This document shows, piece by piece, positions 1 to 11,061 of a stretch of DNA of 64,000 nt. Below the pieces are notes generated by a model, which did not search any database, was not told where the DNA came from, and saw only the letters and a program-made list of their open reading frames with translations. The translations under genes were made by a program, and so were the position numbers. Within the stretch, counting starts at the first letter, position 1, and every line of letters begins with the position of its first letter. Location: the NCBI GenBank assembly GCA_049323635.1, contig JBMONS010000035.1, forward strand, positions 2,744 through 66,743, written 5' to 3'. This stretch comes from Thermodesulfobacteriota bacterium. GTDB lineage: Bacteria; Desulfobacterota; Desulfobulbia; Desulfobulbales; Desulfurivibrionaceae.

Positions 1-773
1 TCGACCAGCGCGAGCGGGAGACCGAGGTGGAGGGCAAGTTCGGCCAGTTCCTCGACTTTTTGAACGAACATGTGTGGAGCAAGAAGAACCGGATCGGCGA
101 GCTGGAGATCGTCTATCTCCTGAGCGAGCATGAGCCCGACTCCTTTTCCTGCCGCAAGGTGCGGGTGATCGACCGGGCGGAGGCCAGGGCCACCAGCCGC
201 AAGCCGGGCCAGAAACTCACCCTGATCAAGCGGCGGCGCTTCGAGGTGGACGGCAGCGAGATCCCCATCTACGTGAGTATCCGCAAAAAGCCGCCCGAGG
301 CCAAGGTGCTGAAGCTGCTCAGAAAGGGCGAGGAGAACCCGGCGGTGGCGGTGGACGACGAGCTGGGCCTCATGGGGGTGGTGGACTCGGTAGCCGATGT
401 CAAGGCCTTCCAGAAGCACCTCACCCGCAGTGCCGCCAAGGCCGGCTCGCTGATGACCCTGGAGGAGGTGAGCGACACCCTGGCCAGCGGCGGCCACCGT
501 AGCGGCAGCATCGGCAGCTCGGCCAAGACGCAGATGTTCAAGTTCTTCGCCCGCATGGGCGGCATGCGCGTCGAGTTCATCGTCCACACCAACCGCTCCT
601 ACCTGAACTACATCTACCAGCGCGACGTCTCCCACGACGAGTATGAGGTCCGCCGGATCTTCGAGTCCGGGGTGGCGACCCTGCTCTTCCCGGAGGACAT
701 TTACGAGATCGACATCGCCGAGCAGAAGGAGGCGGTGGTGCGCTGGTTCCGGAAACGGATCGAGGAATTCTGA
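1..773 (+). CDS. hypothetical protein, 5'-truncated at the window edge
   Basis: The frame is open from nt 3 (DQRERETEVEGKF...) through the stop at 771-773, and codon usage matches neighbouring genes. I recognise no family. A faint resemblance to nucleotidyltransferase/RelA-SpoT-like strands (VAVDDELGLMGVVDS; MRVEFIVHTNRSY) is speculative. Confidence 0.5.
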   Translation, partial: DQRERETEVEGKFGQFLDFLNEHVWSKKNRIGELEIVYLLSEHEPDSFSCRKVRVIDRAEARATSRKPGQKLTLIKRRRFEVDGSEIPIYVSIRKKPPEAKVLKLLRKGEENPAVAVDDELGLMGVVDSVADVKAFQKHLTRSAAKAGSLMTLEEVSDTLASGGHRSGSIGSSAKTQMFKFFARMGGMRVEFIVHTNRSYLNYIYQRDVSHDEYEVRRIFESGVATLLFPEDIYEIDIAEQKEAVVRWFRKRIEEF

Positions 774-1014
774 TCCGCCCGGGAAAATCGGCCCGGCCCC
801 ACGCTGACCCTTGACAGGAGCGGGCAAAATCGGTAAGCCTTTTCAGGAAGTTAGGAGCAGTGCGAAAACACCTTGTTATGAATCCGCATTGCCCTTACGG
901 CTCCTGATGCCGTTGCCGGGATGCTGATTGTTCACGTTGTTTTTCCTCGACGGCGTACGAACCGCCTCAAGAAATGCCAGGCCTGGCCGGCCATAGCCCG
1001 CCAGCGGAGACCGC

Positions 1015-2454
1015 ATGCCCAAGCGAGAGCACCCCACCCCTCCTTCCGCCGCCACCCAGAAACTGCTCCGCGCCATTCCCAAGGTGGATGACTTCCTGGC
1101 CTGGCTGGATGCGGACCGGGTCGAGGCGCCCGCCTCCCTGACAAAAAAGACGGTGCGCGAGCTACTCGACGCCATCCGCCAGGATATCCTGTCCGGCGTG
1201 CCGGTGCAGCCCGCCGACCTCGACCGCCAACCCCTTGTGGCCCGCTGCCGGCAGCTGCTCGACGCCCGGCTTCGTCCCAACCTCCGGCCGGTGATCAACG
1301 CCACCGGCGTGGTGGTGCATACCAACCTGGGCCGCTCGCCCCTGCCTCCCCAGGCCATGGCCATGCTTGCCGCGGTGGGCGGCCGCTACGCCAACCTGGA
1401 GTTCGACCTGGCCACCGGCAGCCGCGGCAGCCGCTACAGCCTGGTGGACGACCTGCTCCGCGAGCTGACCGGCGCCGAGGCCTCGCTGGTGGTCAACAAC
1501 AACGCCGCCGCGGTGATGCTCTGCCTGGACACCCTCGCCAAGGGCCGCGAAGTCATCGTTTCGCGCGGCCAGCTGGTGGAGATCGGCGGCTCCTTCCGCA
1601 TCCCGGAGGTGATGGCCCGCACCGGCGCCAAGCTGGTGGAGGTGGGCGCCACCAACCGCACCCACCCGCGCGACTACGAGAAGGCCATCACCCCGGAAAC
1701 CAGCCTGCTCCTGAAGGTCCACACCAGCAACTACCGCCTGATCGGCTTCACCTCCGAGGTGCCGCTCCCGGAACTGGTGGAGCTGGGAAAACGCCACAAC
1801 CTGCCGGTGATGGAGGATCTGGGCAGCGGCTGCCTCCTCGATCTCTCCCGCTTCGGTCTTTCCCGGGAACCCACGGTGGGGGAGGTGGTGGCCGCCGGCG
1901 CCGATCTGGTCACCTTCAGCGGCGACAAGCTGCTGGGCGGCCCACAGGCTGGCATCATCGTCGGCAAAAAGGCCCTGATCGAGCAGGTGCGCAGAAACCC
2001 CATGAACCGGGCGCTCAGGATCGACAAGTTCACCTTGGCCGCCCTGGAGGCGGTGCTCCGCCTCTACCGCGACCCGGAGGCGGCCATCGCCGCCATCCCC
2101 ACCCTGGCCATGCTGGCCATGCCCGTGGAGGTGATCGACCGCAAGGCTCGGCGGCTACGCCGTCTGATCGCCAAGCCCTTGGCCGGCCGCTGCCAGCTTG
2201 AGACCATCACCATCGATTCCAGGGTGGGCGGCGGCGCCCTGCCCGAGCAGCCGCTGGCCAGCCGGGCCGTGGCGCTCACCCCGCTCGACCGCTCGGTCAA
2301 CCGGCTGGAATCGAGCCTGCGCTCCCTGCCGTTGCCGGTGGTCGGCCGCATCGAGGACGAACGGCTGCTGCTCGACCTGCGCACCGTGCCCGATGACGAG
2401 ATAGCCCCCCTGGCCAAGAGCCTGCTTGCCGCTTTCGAGGAGTCCCCCGCATGA
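1015..2454 (+). CDS. selA: L-seryl-tRNA(Sec) selenium transferase
   Basis: 479 aa. Typical SelA N-terminus (LLRAIPKVDDFLAW), NATGVVVHTNLGRSPL, and the PLP-lysine motif FSGDKLLGGPQAGIIVGKK. Confidence 0.9.
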   Translation: MPKREHPTPPSAATQKLLRAIPKVDDFLAWLDADRVEAPASLTKKTVRELLDAIRQDILSGVPVQPADLDRQPLVARCRQLLDARLRPNLRPVINATGVVVHTNLGRSPLPPQAMAMLAAVGGRYANLEFDLATGSRGSRYSLVDDLLRELTGAEASLVVNNNAAAVMLCLDTLAKGREVIVSRGQLVEIGGSFRIPEVMARTGAKLVEVGATNRTHPRDYEKAITPETSLLLKVHTSNYRLIGFTSEVPLPELVELGKRHNLPVMEDLGSGCLLDLSRFGLSREPTVGEVVAAGADLVTFSGDKLLGGPQAGIIVGKKALIEQVRRNPMNRALRIDKFTLAALEAVLRLYRDPEAAIAAIPTLAMLAMPVEVIDRKARRLRRLIAKPLAGRCQLETITIDSRVGGGALPEQPLASRAVALTPLDRSVNRLESSLRSLPLPVVGRIEDERLLLDLRTVPDDEIAPLAKSLLAAFEESPA

Positions 2455-4583
2455 GCATCCCCCTGACCCTGGACGCCGGGCCGCTGACCCCGGCTGACCT
2501 TGCCCGCCTCTCCACCCTTTTCGTCAAATCGCTCTTTGACTTCTTCGCCTGCGAGGATGTGGAACTGCTGCCCCTGGGCGACTCGGACAGCGGCCTGCCA
2601 CCGGAGCTGGCCGGTTCGTTGCGCCGCATCCGCAAGAACGGCCTGCCGCTGGCCGAGGCCGAGCGCCAGGAGCTGCTGCTGCCCATCTGGGCCGACGAGC
2701 GGCTCTGCGGGCTGGCGATAATCCGGGGCGGCGACCAGGCCCTCTATACCATGCCCCCGGTGTGGCTGGACGAGCAGAGCCACCTGATCTCCCGGGAGTT
2801 CTTCCACATCAAACAGAGCTGCCACGACCCAGCCACCGGGCTTTTGAACGGCTTCCACCTGCGCGGCGAGCTGGAGGCGCTGCTGCAGGCGGCCGGCCAT
2901 GATGGCCAGGTCCCGCCCGCCGCCCTGGCGCTCCTGGAGGTCTCCCCCCACAACCGCGACGCCGACCGGAGTCTCCGCCACATCGTGCGGGCCGGCGGCC
3001 TGCTCGCCTCGATGTTTGCCGACGAGCTGGATTTCCACCACCTGGGGGCCGGGGTCTTCGCCCTGCTCTGGGATGACCTGGAGATGGACGAGGCGCGCCA
3101 GCTGGGCGACCGGCTGCTGCAACGGCTCAAGCGCGAAGGATTCGCCTCGGCCCGCCTGGGCATCACCGCCATCGTGCCCCATGACCCGGAGCAGCACGGC
3201 ACCCCGGAGCAGCTTTTGGAGCAGGCGTGGCAGGCCCTGCGCATCGCCCGTGGCCGCGGTCCCTTTGGGCTGTGCGGCCACACCACCAGCCAGGCCATCG
3301 AGAACCACCCGTTGCGCAAGACCCCGGAGTCGACGCTGCGCAAGCTGCGCGCCCTCTGGCGGGGCAAGAACCGTTTCGTGCTGGCCCTGCTCCGCATGGA
3401 CCAGGAGCCGGCCAGCAGCCATTTCTCGAAAAGGCTGCGCTCGGCGGTGGGCCAGGACGCGCCGCTCATCCTGGTCAACCAGCGCGAGGCCTTTCTCTTT
3501 CTAGACGACCAGGACGAGGAAGGCGCGCTTGCCTGGCTGGCCGATTTCCGGCAGCGGATGGAGGCGATCGGCGGCAGCACCTTCTCCATGGGGGTTGCCT
3601 GCTTCCCATACCACGACTTCAAAAAATCCGTGCTGCCCGCCAACTGCCGCAAGGCCATGCTCCATGCAGAGCTGATAGGCCCGGACTCGCTGGCGGTCTT
3701 CGACGCGGTGAGCCTCAACATCAGCGGCGACGTGCATTACAACGACGGCGACCTGGCCGGGGCGCTGGCCGAATACCGCGAGGGACTGCGGCTGGACCCG
3801 GCCAATGTCAACATCCTCAACAGCATGGGGGTGGCCTACGTCCAGCTCAACCAACCCAGGCAGGCCCGCGCCTGCTTCGAAAAGGCGCTCTCCGTCGAGC
3901 CGGACAACTTCATGGCCCTCTTCAACCTGGGCTTCATCCGCCTGGACGACGGCGACCGCGACGCCACCCGCTCCCTGTGGGAAGGGGCGCTGGAGGTGGA
4001 ACCGGACCACCACGCCCTGCTCCGCCACCTGGGGATCCTCTACTGCCGGAGCGGCGAGTATCAGCGGGCCCGGGAGGTGCTTGGCCACTGCGACCGGCTG
4101 GCCGCGGCCAGCGCCGAGGAGGGGATCGAGCCGGTGATGGTGGCCCGGTGGTTGGGCCGCGCCCACGAAGGGCTTTCGGAAAACCGGCAGGCCATTGCCG
4201 CCTACCAGCGGGCGGTGAGCGGCAACCCGCGCGACGCCGGCAGCCTCAGCCGCCTGGGCAGGCTGTACGCCGCCGAGGGGCAGGGGCTGGAGATCGGCCT
4301 GTCGCTCTGCCGCCAGGCGGTCGGCCTGGACAGCGGCAAGGCCGCCCACTGGTACAGACTCGGCTGGGTGCAGGAGCAGGCCGGCGACCTGGGCGGCGCG
4401 GCCAAATCCCTTGCCGAATGCCTGCGTCTCGACCCCCGCCACTCCGAGGCCACCGCCCTGCGCGCCGGGGTGCTGGCCAGGATGGAAAAGGAAAAACGGG
4501 GGAAAAAGAAGGCAGCCGCTGGCCCCCGTGCCAAAAGTTCCAAGGCAAAAGGGGCCAAACCCCGCAAGGGCAAGGCCTCGTAA
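2451..4583 (+). CDS. signalling protein with two degenerate GGDEF-like domains, TPR repeats and a Lys-rich tail
   Basis: ATGA overlap with the selA stop. DPATGLLNGF...HLGAGVFALLW...LGITAI...ALRIARGRG follows the GGDEF fold with GGDEF replaced by GAGVF. A second copy has NQREAF in that position. The C-terminal half has TPR-like repeats (NSMGVAYVQLNQPRQARACFEKALSVEPDN...). The tail is KEKRGKKKAAAGPRAKSSKAKGAKPRKGKAS. Confidence 0.75.
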   Translation: MSIPLTLDAGPLTPADLARLSTLFVKSLFDFFACEDVELLPLGDSDSGLPPELAGSLRRIRKNGLPLAEAERQELLLPIWADERLCGLAIIRGGDQALYTMPPVWLDEQSHLISREFFHIKQSCHDPATGLLNGFHLRGELEALLQAAGHDGQVPPAALALLEVSPHNRDADRSLRHIVRAGGLLASMFADELDFHHLGAGVFALLWDDLEMDEARQLGDRLLQRLKREGFASARLGITAIVPHDPEQHGTPEQLLEQAWQALRIARGRGPFGLCGHTTSQAIENHPLRKTPESTLRKLRALWRGKNRFVLALLRMDQEPASSHFSKRLRSAVGQDAPLILVNQREAFLFLDDQDEEGALAWLADFRQRMEAIGGSTFSMGVACFPYHDFKKSVLPANCRKAMLHAELIGPDSLAVFDAVSLNISGDVHYNDGDLAGALAEYREGLRLDPANVNILNSMGVAYVQLNQPRQARACFEKALSVEPDNFMALFNLGFIRLDDGDRDATRSLWEGALEVEPDHHALLRHLGILYCRSGEYQRAREVLGHCDRLAAASAEEGIEPVMVARWLGRAHEGLSENRQAIAAYQRAVSGNPRDAGSLSRLGRLYAAEGQGLEIGLSLCRQAVGLDSGKAAHWYRLGWVQEQAGDLGGAAKSLAECLRLDPRHSEATALRAGVLARMEKEKRGKKKAAAGPRAKSSKAKGAKPRKGKAS

Positions 4584-4651
4584 GGGCATCAGCCGCCCCC
4601 GACCGGGGCGGGATCTCGCTGCTCGGAACAACGAAAGACAAGGAGGGATGC

Positions 4652-5338
4652 ATGCGCGTCACCAAGGGGGGAATGGTTATTGACGAACGGCAGCAGTACT
4701 CCCTGGACAACTTCCAGGTGGGCGACTCCTGGCGGCTGTTCCGGATCATGTCCGAGTTCGTGGACGGCTTCGACACCCTGGCCAGCATCGGCCGGCCCGC
4801 GGTCTCCATCTTCGGTTCCGCCCGGCTTGCCCCGGACAATCACTACTTCCAGCTGGCCGAACAGATCGCCCTCGACCTGGCCACCGCCGGCTACGGCATC
4901 ATTACCGGCGGCGGCCCCGGCATCATGGCCGCGGCCAACAAGGGCGCCGCTCTGGCCGAGGGGCTCTCCATCGGCCTCAACATCAACCTGCCCTTCGAGC
5001 AGGAGCCCAATCCCTTTGCCAACGTGCCCCTCAACTTCAAGTACTTCTTCGTGCGCAAGGTGATGTTCATCAAGTACTCCATGGCCTTCATCGGCATGCC
5101 CGGAGGCTTCGGCACCCTGGACGAGCTGTTCGAGTCGCTCACCCTGATCCAGACTCGCCGGGTCAAGGCCTTTCCGGTGATCCTGGTGGGTTCGGAGTTC
5201 TGGGGCGGGTTGGTGGAATGGATCCAGGAGAAGCTGCGAGGCGGCGGCTACATCAGCGAGGATGACACCCTGATCTTCCAGGTGATGGACAACCCCAAAG
5301 AGGTGGTCAACTACATCAAGCGGACCGTGGTGCTGTAA
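4652..5338 (+). CDS. LOG family protein (TIGR00730 Rossmann-fold nucleotide-binding / cytokinin riboside 5'-monophosphate phosphoribohydrolase-like)
   Basis: GGGPGIMAAANKGA and PGGFGTLDELFE motifs. RBS AAGGAGGG lies 4-11 nt upstream of the ATG at 4652. The upstream part of the 703-aa track ORF is an alternate frame of the preceding gene. Confidence 0.85.
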   Translation: MRVTKGGMVIDERQQYSLDNFQVGDSWRLFRIMSEFVDGFDTLASIGRPAVSIFGSARLAPDNHYFQLAEQIALDLATAGYGIITGGGPGIMAAANKGAALAEGLSIGLNINLPFEQEPNPFANVPLNFKYFFVRKVMFIKYSMAFIGMPGGFGTLDELFESLTLIQTRRVKAFPVILVGSEFWGGLVEWIQEKLRGGGYISEDDTLIFQVMDNPKEVVNYIKRTVVL

Positions 5339-5346
5339 GGGAAAAG

Positions 5347-5376
5347 CCCTGGAGCCGGCGGGCGCCGGCCCCAGGG
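5347..5376. terminator. GC-rich hairpin between convergent genes (possible bidirectional terminator)
   Basis: CCCTGGAGCCGGCG/CGCCGGCCCCAGGG inverted repeat with one mismatch, between the LOG stop (5338) and the DUF1566 gene stop (5391). There is no clear U-tract. Confidence 0.4.
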
Positions 5377-5390
5377 GGAGCGAGAGAGGC

Positions 5391-6323
5391 TCAGAGGGAA
5401 CGGCAGACCCGGCCGAAACCGCCGGGGATGGAGCCGGAGGCCCAGAAGACCGTGGCCTGCTTGAAGTCGGCGAACCAGTAGCCGCCTGGCTTGCGCTGGT
5501 CGGCGAGGAAGATGAAGGGCTGCTCCCGGGAAAAGCAGGGGTGCAGGTGGATGCCCTTGTCGTTGGCGCGAGGCTCCATAAGGGAGAGGGCCTCCTCCAT
5601 GGTGGGCAGCCGCCAGTCGTCATGCCCGGCGAACCGCTTGCGGTTCAACTCCTCCACATACCGCTTGACGTTGCGGATATTGGTGATGTCGCAGCCACCC
5701 CTCTGCCACATCAGGCCGGTGCGCTGATCGGTGACGGTGAGGCCGTCGCCGTTGTCCACCAACAGGTTGTCGAACCGGCCATTGGGGTGGCGCCGGCTGT
5801 CATGGAAGCCTCCCCGCCCCACCAGCGCGGCCACCTCCTGCTCGGCCACCACCCTGCCCTCGGCGCGGAGACTGACCCGCTCCACCTTCGGCAGCGCGAC
5901 GCCGGCCAAGGGCAGCCCGGTCTCCAAGTCCTCCCGGGCCGGGCCGTCATCCAGCGGCTCCACCTTGCCAAACTCTTCCGCCTCAAAGATGTGGGCCAAG
6001 AGCCACGCCTTGACCTTGTCGTCGATGGCGTAGCTCTTGTCCAGCAGCCCCTTGCCCTGCCGGGCCACGCACCGCTCCAGCAGCTCCTGCGGGCAGGCGA
6101 TGCGGGCGAGGATGCGGGCGTGCTTTACCCCCCGCTCCATGAGGAAGAGGCGCGCCTGCTCGCCCCAGTTGTCGATATAAAAGTAGTAGTGCTTTTCGGC
6201 GTTGTTGCGGATGCGCTCCTTGCCGCCCCAGCTTTCGAACATACCGAAGGTGTCCGAAGGGGTGAGTTCCCAATCAATGGAAAAGGGTTGTCCTGCCATA
6301 CCCAACCGATCCGCGAGTCCCAT
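5391..6323 (-). CDS. DUF1566 (Lcl C-terminal-like) domain protein with an unknown N-terminal domain
   Basis: The C-terminal part has the DUF1566 pattern (TGLMWQRGG...WRLPTMEEALSL...YWFADF). The start was chosen at MGLADRL (6323), which follows the RBS AAGGGAGG by 6 nt. No signal peptide is visible. Confidence 0.7.
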   Translation of the reverse strand: MGLADRLGMAGQPFSIDWELTPSDTFGMFESWGGKERIRNNAEKHYYFYIDNWGEQARLFLMERGVKHARILARIACPQELLERCVARQGKGLLDKSYAIDDKVKAWLLAHIFEAEEFGKVEPLDDGPAREDLETGLPLAGVALPKVERVSLRAEGRVVAEQEVAALVGRGGFHDSRRHPNGRFDNLLVDNGDGLTVTDQRTGLMWQRGGCDITNIRNVKRYVEELNRKRFAGHDDWRLPTMEEALSLMEPRANDKGIHLHPCFSREQPFIFLADQRKPGGYWFADFKQATVFWASGSIPGGFGRVCRSL

Positions 6324-6462
6324 GTCCAGCCTCCCTTGGTTGCCGAGCCGACAAGCCCGGCGGTTTCGTGGCAATCGGCGCCTGCCCGGGGCCGGCGTCG
6401 TCTTTTTCGCTTCATCCCAGTGGGGAAAAGGCTATAATGACGAAAGAAGCCAGTATTTCTTA

Positions 6463-6479
6463 ATAAGAATTATTCTTAT
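6463..6479. promoter_or_regulatory. perfect 8-1-8 palindrome ATAAGAAT-T-ATTCTTAT in a divergent promoter region
   Basis: Read directly from the sequence. It lies in an AT-rich 118-bp spacer between the DUF1566 gene (-) and glgX (+). A TATAAT hexamer sits at 6433-6438. Confidence 0.45.
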
Positions 6480-6495
6480 AATATAGGCTTTTTTG

Positions 6496-8642
<2,147 letters not shown>

Positions 8643-8646
<4 letters not shown>

Positions 8647-9170
8647 ACCTGCTACTGATCGGCGATTCGCTGGTGGAGTACAACGACTGGAGCCGCGGCC
8701 TGCCGGAACACCGGGTGGTCAACGCCGGGGTGGCCGGCGAATCGGTGGGCGGCCTGCTCGCCCGGCTGCCAAGGCTCCTGGCCATACGGCTCGCACCCGA
8801 GGCAATCGGGGTGATGATCGGGACCAACAACCTCCTGATGGAGGATTACGCCTTTTTCCAGGAGTACGAGGAGATCCTTGCCACCATCGCCGCCACGCTG
8901 CCGCGGGCAGGGCGCCTCGTCACCGGGCTGCCGCCCTTTGCTCTCCCCTGGCTGGCGGACTCAGCCATCCCCAGACTGAACACGGCGCTGACCGGGCTGG
9001 CCGCCCGCCACAAGGCCTTCTTCCTCGACCTGCACGCCGCCTTTACCGAAGCGGGAGGACCGGCCTCCTCCTGCTTCGAGCCCGACGGTGTCCACTTCAG
9101 CGCCCATGGCTACGCGCGGTGGGAACGGTCCCTCAAGAAGGCGCTCGCCACCATGGCGGCCCACGGTTGA
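8643..9170 (+). CDS. SGNH/GDSL-family hydrolase
   Basis: The GTG start overlaps the glgX stop (GTGA). Block I is LLIGDSL, there is a GxND-like IGTNN, and block V is DGVHFSAHGY. Confidence 0.75.
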
Positions 9171-9247
9171 GTCGCTTCGGATGGTTTTTGCCCACCTCCC
9201 TCCCATCATCGCTTGACGCTCTCCCCCTTTTCCTGCCAAGATAGGCC

Positions 9248-10153
9248 ATGCCCGCAAATATGGCGGCAAACGCCAACAGGATCGACACCATGGCAATCGA
9301 TACCACGACCACCCCGGCGGATTACCGCCACCCCATCCCCATAGCCGATGGCATCTACTGGGTGGGCTTTTACGACCAGCCCTCCGGCCTGCACTGCAAC
9401 CCTTACCTGATCGTAGATCATGGCGAGGCGGTGGTGATCGACGGCGGCAGCCGCCCTGATTTCCCGGTGGTGATGATGAAGATTCTCCGCGCCGGCATCG
9501 CCCCCGCCTCGATCAGCGCCCTCATTTACCAGCACTACGATCCTGATCTCTGCGGCAGCCTGGCCAACTTCGAGGAGATCATCGACAACCCCGAACTGCG
9601 GATCATCTCCGACAGGGAGAACAACATGTTCATCCGCCACTACTCGGTTTCATCGAAGCTGGTGGCGCTGGACAGCGTGGGACATCGTTTCCGCTTCCGC
9701 TCCGGCAGGGAGCTGCGCTTCATCAACACCCCCTACGCCCATTCCGCCGGCAGCTTCGTTACCCTCGATTCCCACTCCGGGGTGCTCTTTACCAGCGATC
9801 TCTTTGGCAGCTACGGCAGCGAGTGGGAACTCTTTCTGCGTCTTGAACCGCAATGCCGGCCATGCCTCACCTTTCCCCAGTGCCCCCACGGCAAAAGCTA
9901 CTGCCCGGTGGCGGACATCGCCCGCTTCCATCGCCGGATCATGCCGGCCACCGCCGCCCTCCGCCTTGCCATGGAACGGATTGCCGCCCTGCCCTATGCG
10001 ATCCTGGCGCCGCAGCACGGCAGCGTCATCCCGGAACGGACCGACGGCGAGGCCATGCTTTCGATGCTGTGTGGACTCGACGAGGTAGGGATCGACGGGG
10101 TGCTGACCCCATTGCGGGCCGGGCGCCCACCCCTTGGCGAGACGCCGCCATGA
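9248..10153 (+). CDS. flavodiiron-protein-like metallo-beta-lactamase-fold domain protein (ODP-type putative di-iron sensor), no flavodoxin domain
   Basis: Motifs are collinear with the FDP lactamase domain: VVIDGG, QHYDPDLCGSL (versus H-x-E-x-D-H), TPYAHSAGS, LFTSDLFGS, APQHGSV. The start is uncertain (9248, 9260 or 9290). Confidence 0.7.
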   Translation: MPANMAANANRIDTMAIDTTTTPADYRHPIPIADGIYWVGFYDQPSGLHCNPYLIVDHGEAVVIDGGSRPDFPVVMMKILRAGIAPASISALIYQHYDPDLCGSLANFEEIIDNPELRIISDRENNMFIRHYSVSSKLVALDSVGHRFRFRSGRELRFINTPYAHSAGSFVTLDSHSGVLFTSDLFGSYGSEWELFLRLEPQCRPCLTFPQCPHGKSYCPVADIARFHRRIMPATAALRLAMERIAALPYAILAPQHGSVIPERTDGEAMLSMLCGLDEVGIDGVLTPLRAGRPPLGETPP

Positions 10154-11061
10154 TCAAGACCCTGCCCCATCATGCCGACTTCGACGCCGAGGCCAACCGG
10201 CTCATCACCATGCTGGAGTACCAGGCCCGCCAGACCGACAGCGAGATCAACAAAAAGCTGCTCATGGAGCTGGTGCGCGGCTATGCCGAGGCGGAACGGG
10301 AGCTTGCGGAAAAACAGCGCCAGATCGAGGAGGATCTCCGCGCCGGGGCGATGATCCAGAAGACCATGCTGCCCCAGGCGCTGCCGGTCACCGACAACTT
10401 CCGCTTCGCCTCCCGCTTCATCCCCTGCAACTTCCTGGGCGGCGACATGTTCACCATCTTCCCGGTCACCGAGGAGATTGTCGGCATCGCCATCCTCGAC
10501 GTCAGCGGCCACGGGGTGCCCGCCGCCCTAGTCACCGTGTCGGTGGCCCAGACCCTGCAGGAAACCTGGAGCAACTCCATGCCCCACTCGCCCAAGGAGG
10601 TGGTGGAGAGCCTGGAAAAGGACTATCCCTTCGAGCGGTTCGAAAAATTCTTCACCATGGTCTATCTGCTGCTCGACACCAGCTCCGGCCAGCTCCATTA
10701 CTGCAACGCCGGCCACCCGCCGCCGCTGCTGCTCCGGCAAAACGGCTCGGTGGAACCGCTGGAAATGGGCGGCGGCATCGTGGGGCTTTCCGGGATGCTG
10801 GACTTCGAGGAAGGGGAAAAACAGCTGCGGCCGGGCGACACCCTGCTGCTTCATACGGACGGCCTGATCGAACACCAGAACCTGCGGGAGGAGTTCTTTG
10901 GCCTGGATCGCCTGACCGCCCTGCTCCCCTCCCTGCGCCTTCTGGAACCGGAGCCCATGCTCGACCAGATCCTGGCCTCGGCCATGGCGTTTGGCAAGGG
11001 TTGCCCGGTGCGCGACGACATCGCCCTGCTCGCCATCCGCTCTCAGGAGGAAAAGCCATGA
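10150..11061 (+). CDS. PP2C-family (SpoIIE/RsbU-type) serine phosphatase
   Basis: ATGA overlap with the upstream stop. SpoIIE-domain motifs: GGDMFTIF, AILDVSGHGVPAAL, YCNAGHPPPLL, LLLHTDGLIE, DDIALLAI. The N-terminal 70 aa is a coiled-coil-like linker. Confidence 0.85.
   Translation: MIKTLPHHADFDAEANRLITMLEYQARQTDSEINKKLLMELVRGYAEAERELAEKQRQIEEDLRAGAMIQKTMLPQALPVTDNFRFASRFIPCNFLGGDMFTIFPVTEEIVGIAILDVSGHGVPAALVTVSVAQTLQETWSNSMPHSPKEVVESLEKDYPFERFEKFFTMVYLLLDTSSGQLHYCNAGHPPPLLLRQNGSVEPLEMGGGIVGLSGMLDFEEGEKQLRPGDTLLLHTDGLIEHQNLREEFFGLDRLTALLPSLRLLEPEPMLDQILASAMAFGKGCPVRDDIALLAIRSQEEKP

Noticed and set aside
774-1014. Possible tRNA-Sec (selC) or another RNA gene upstream of selA
   Set aside because: There is no GTTCGAnTC-type T-loop, no 8/9-bp acceptor stem and no UCA anticodon loop context. 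Only a weak inverted repeat with a 42-nt loop is present.
3227-4651. The N-terminal 475 codons of the 703-aa ORF ending at 5338
   Set aside because: This part is an alternate frame of the GGDEF-TPR gene with a Pro/Arg/Gly-rich translation. Only the last 228 codons (from the ATG at 4652, with an RBS) form the LOG-family protein.
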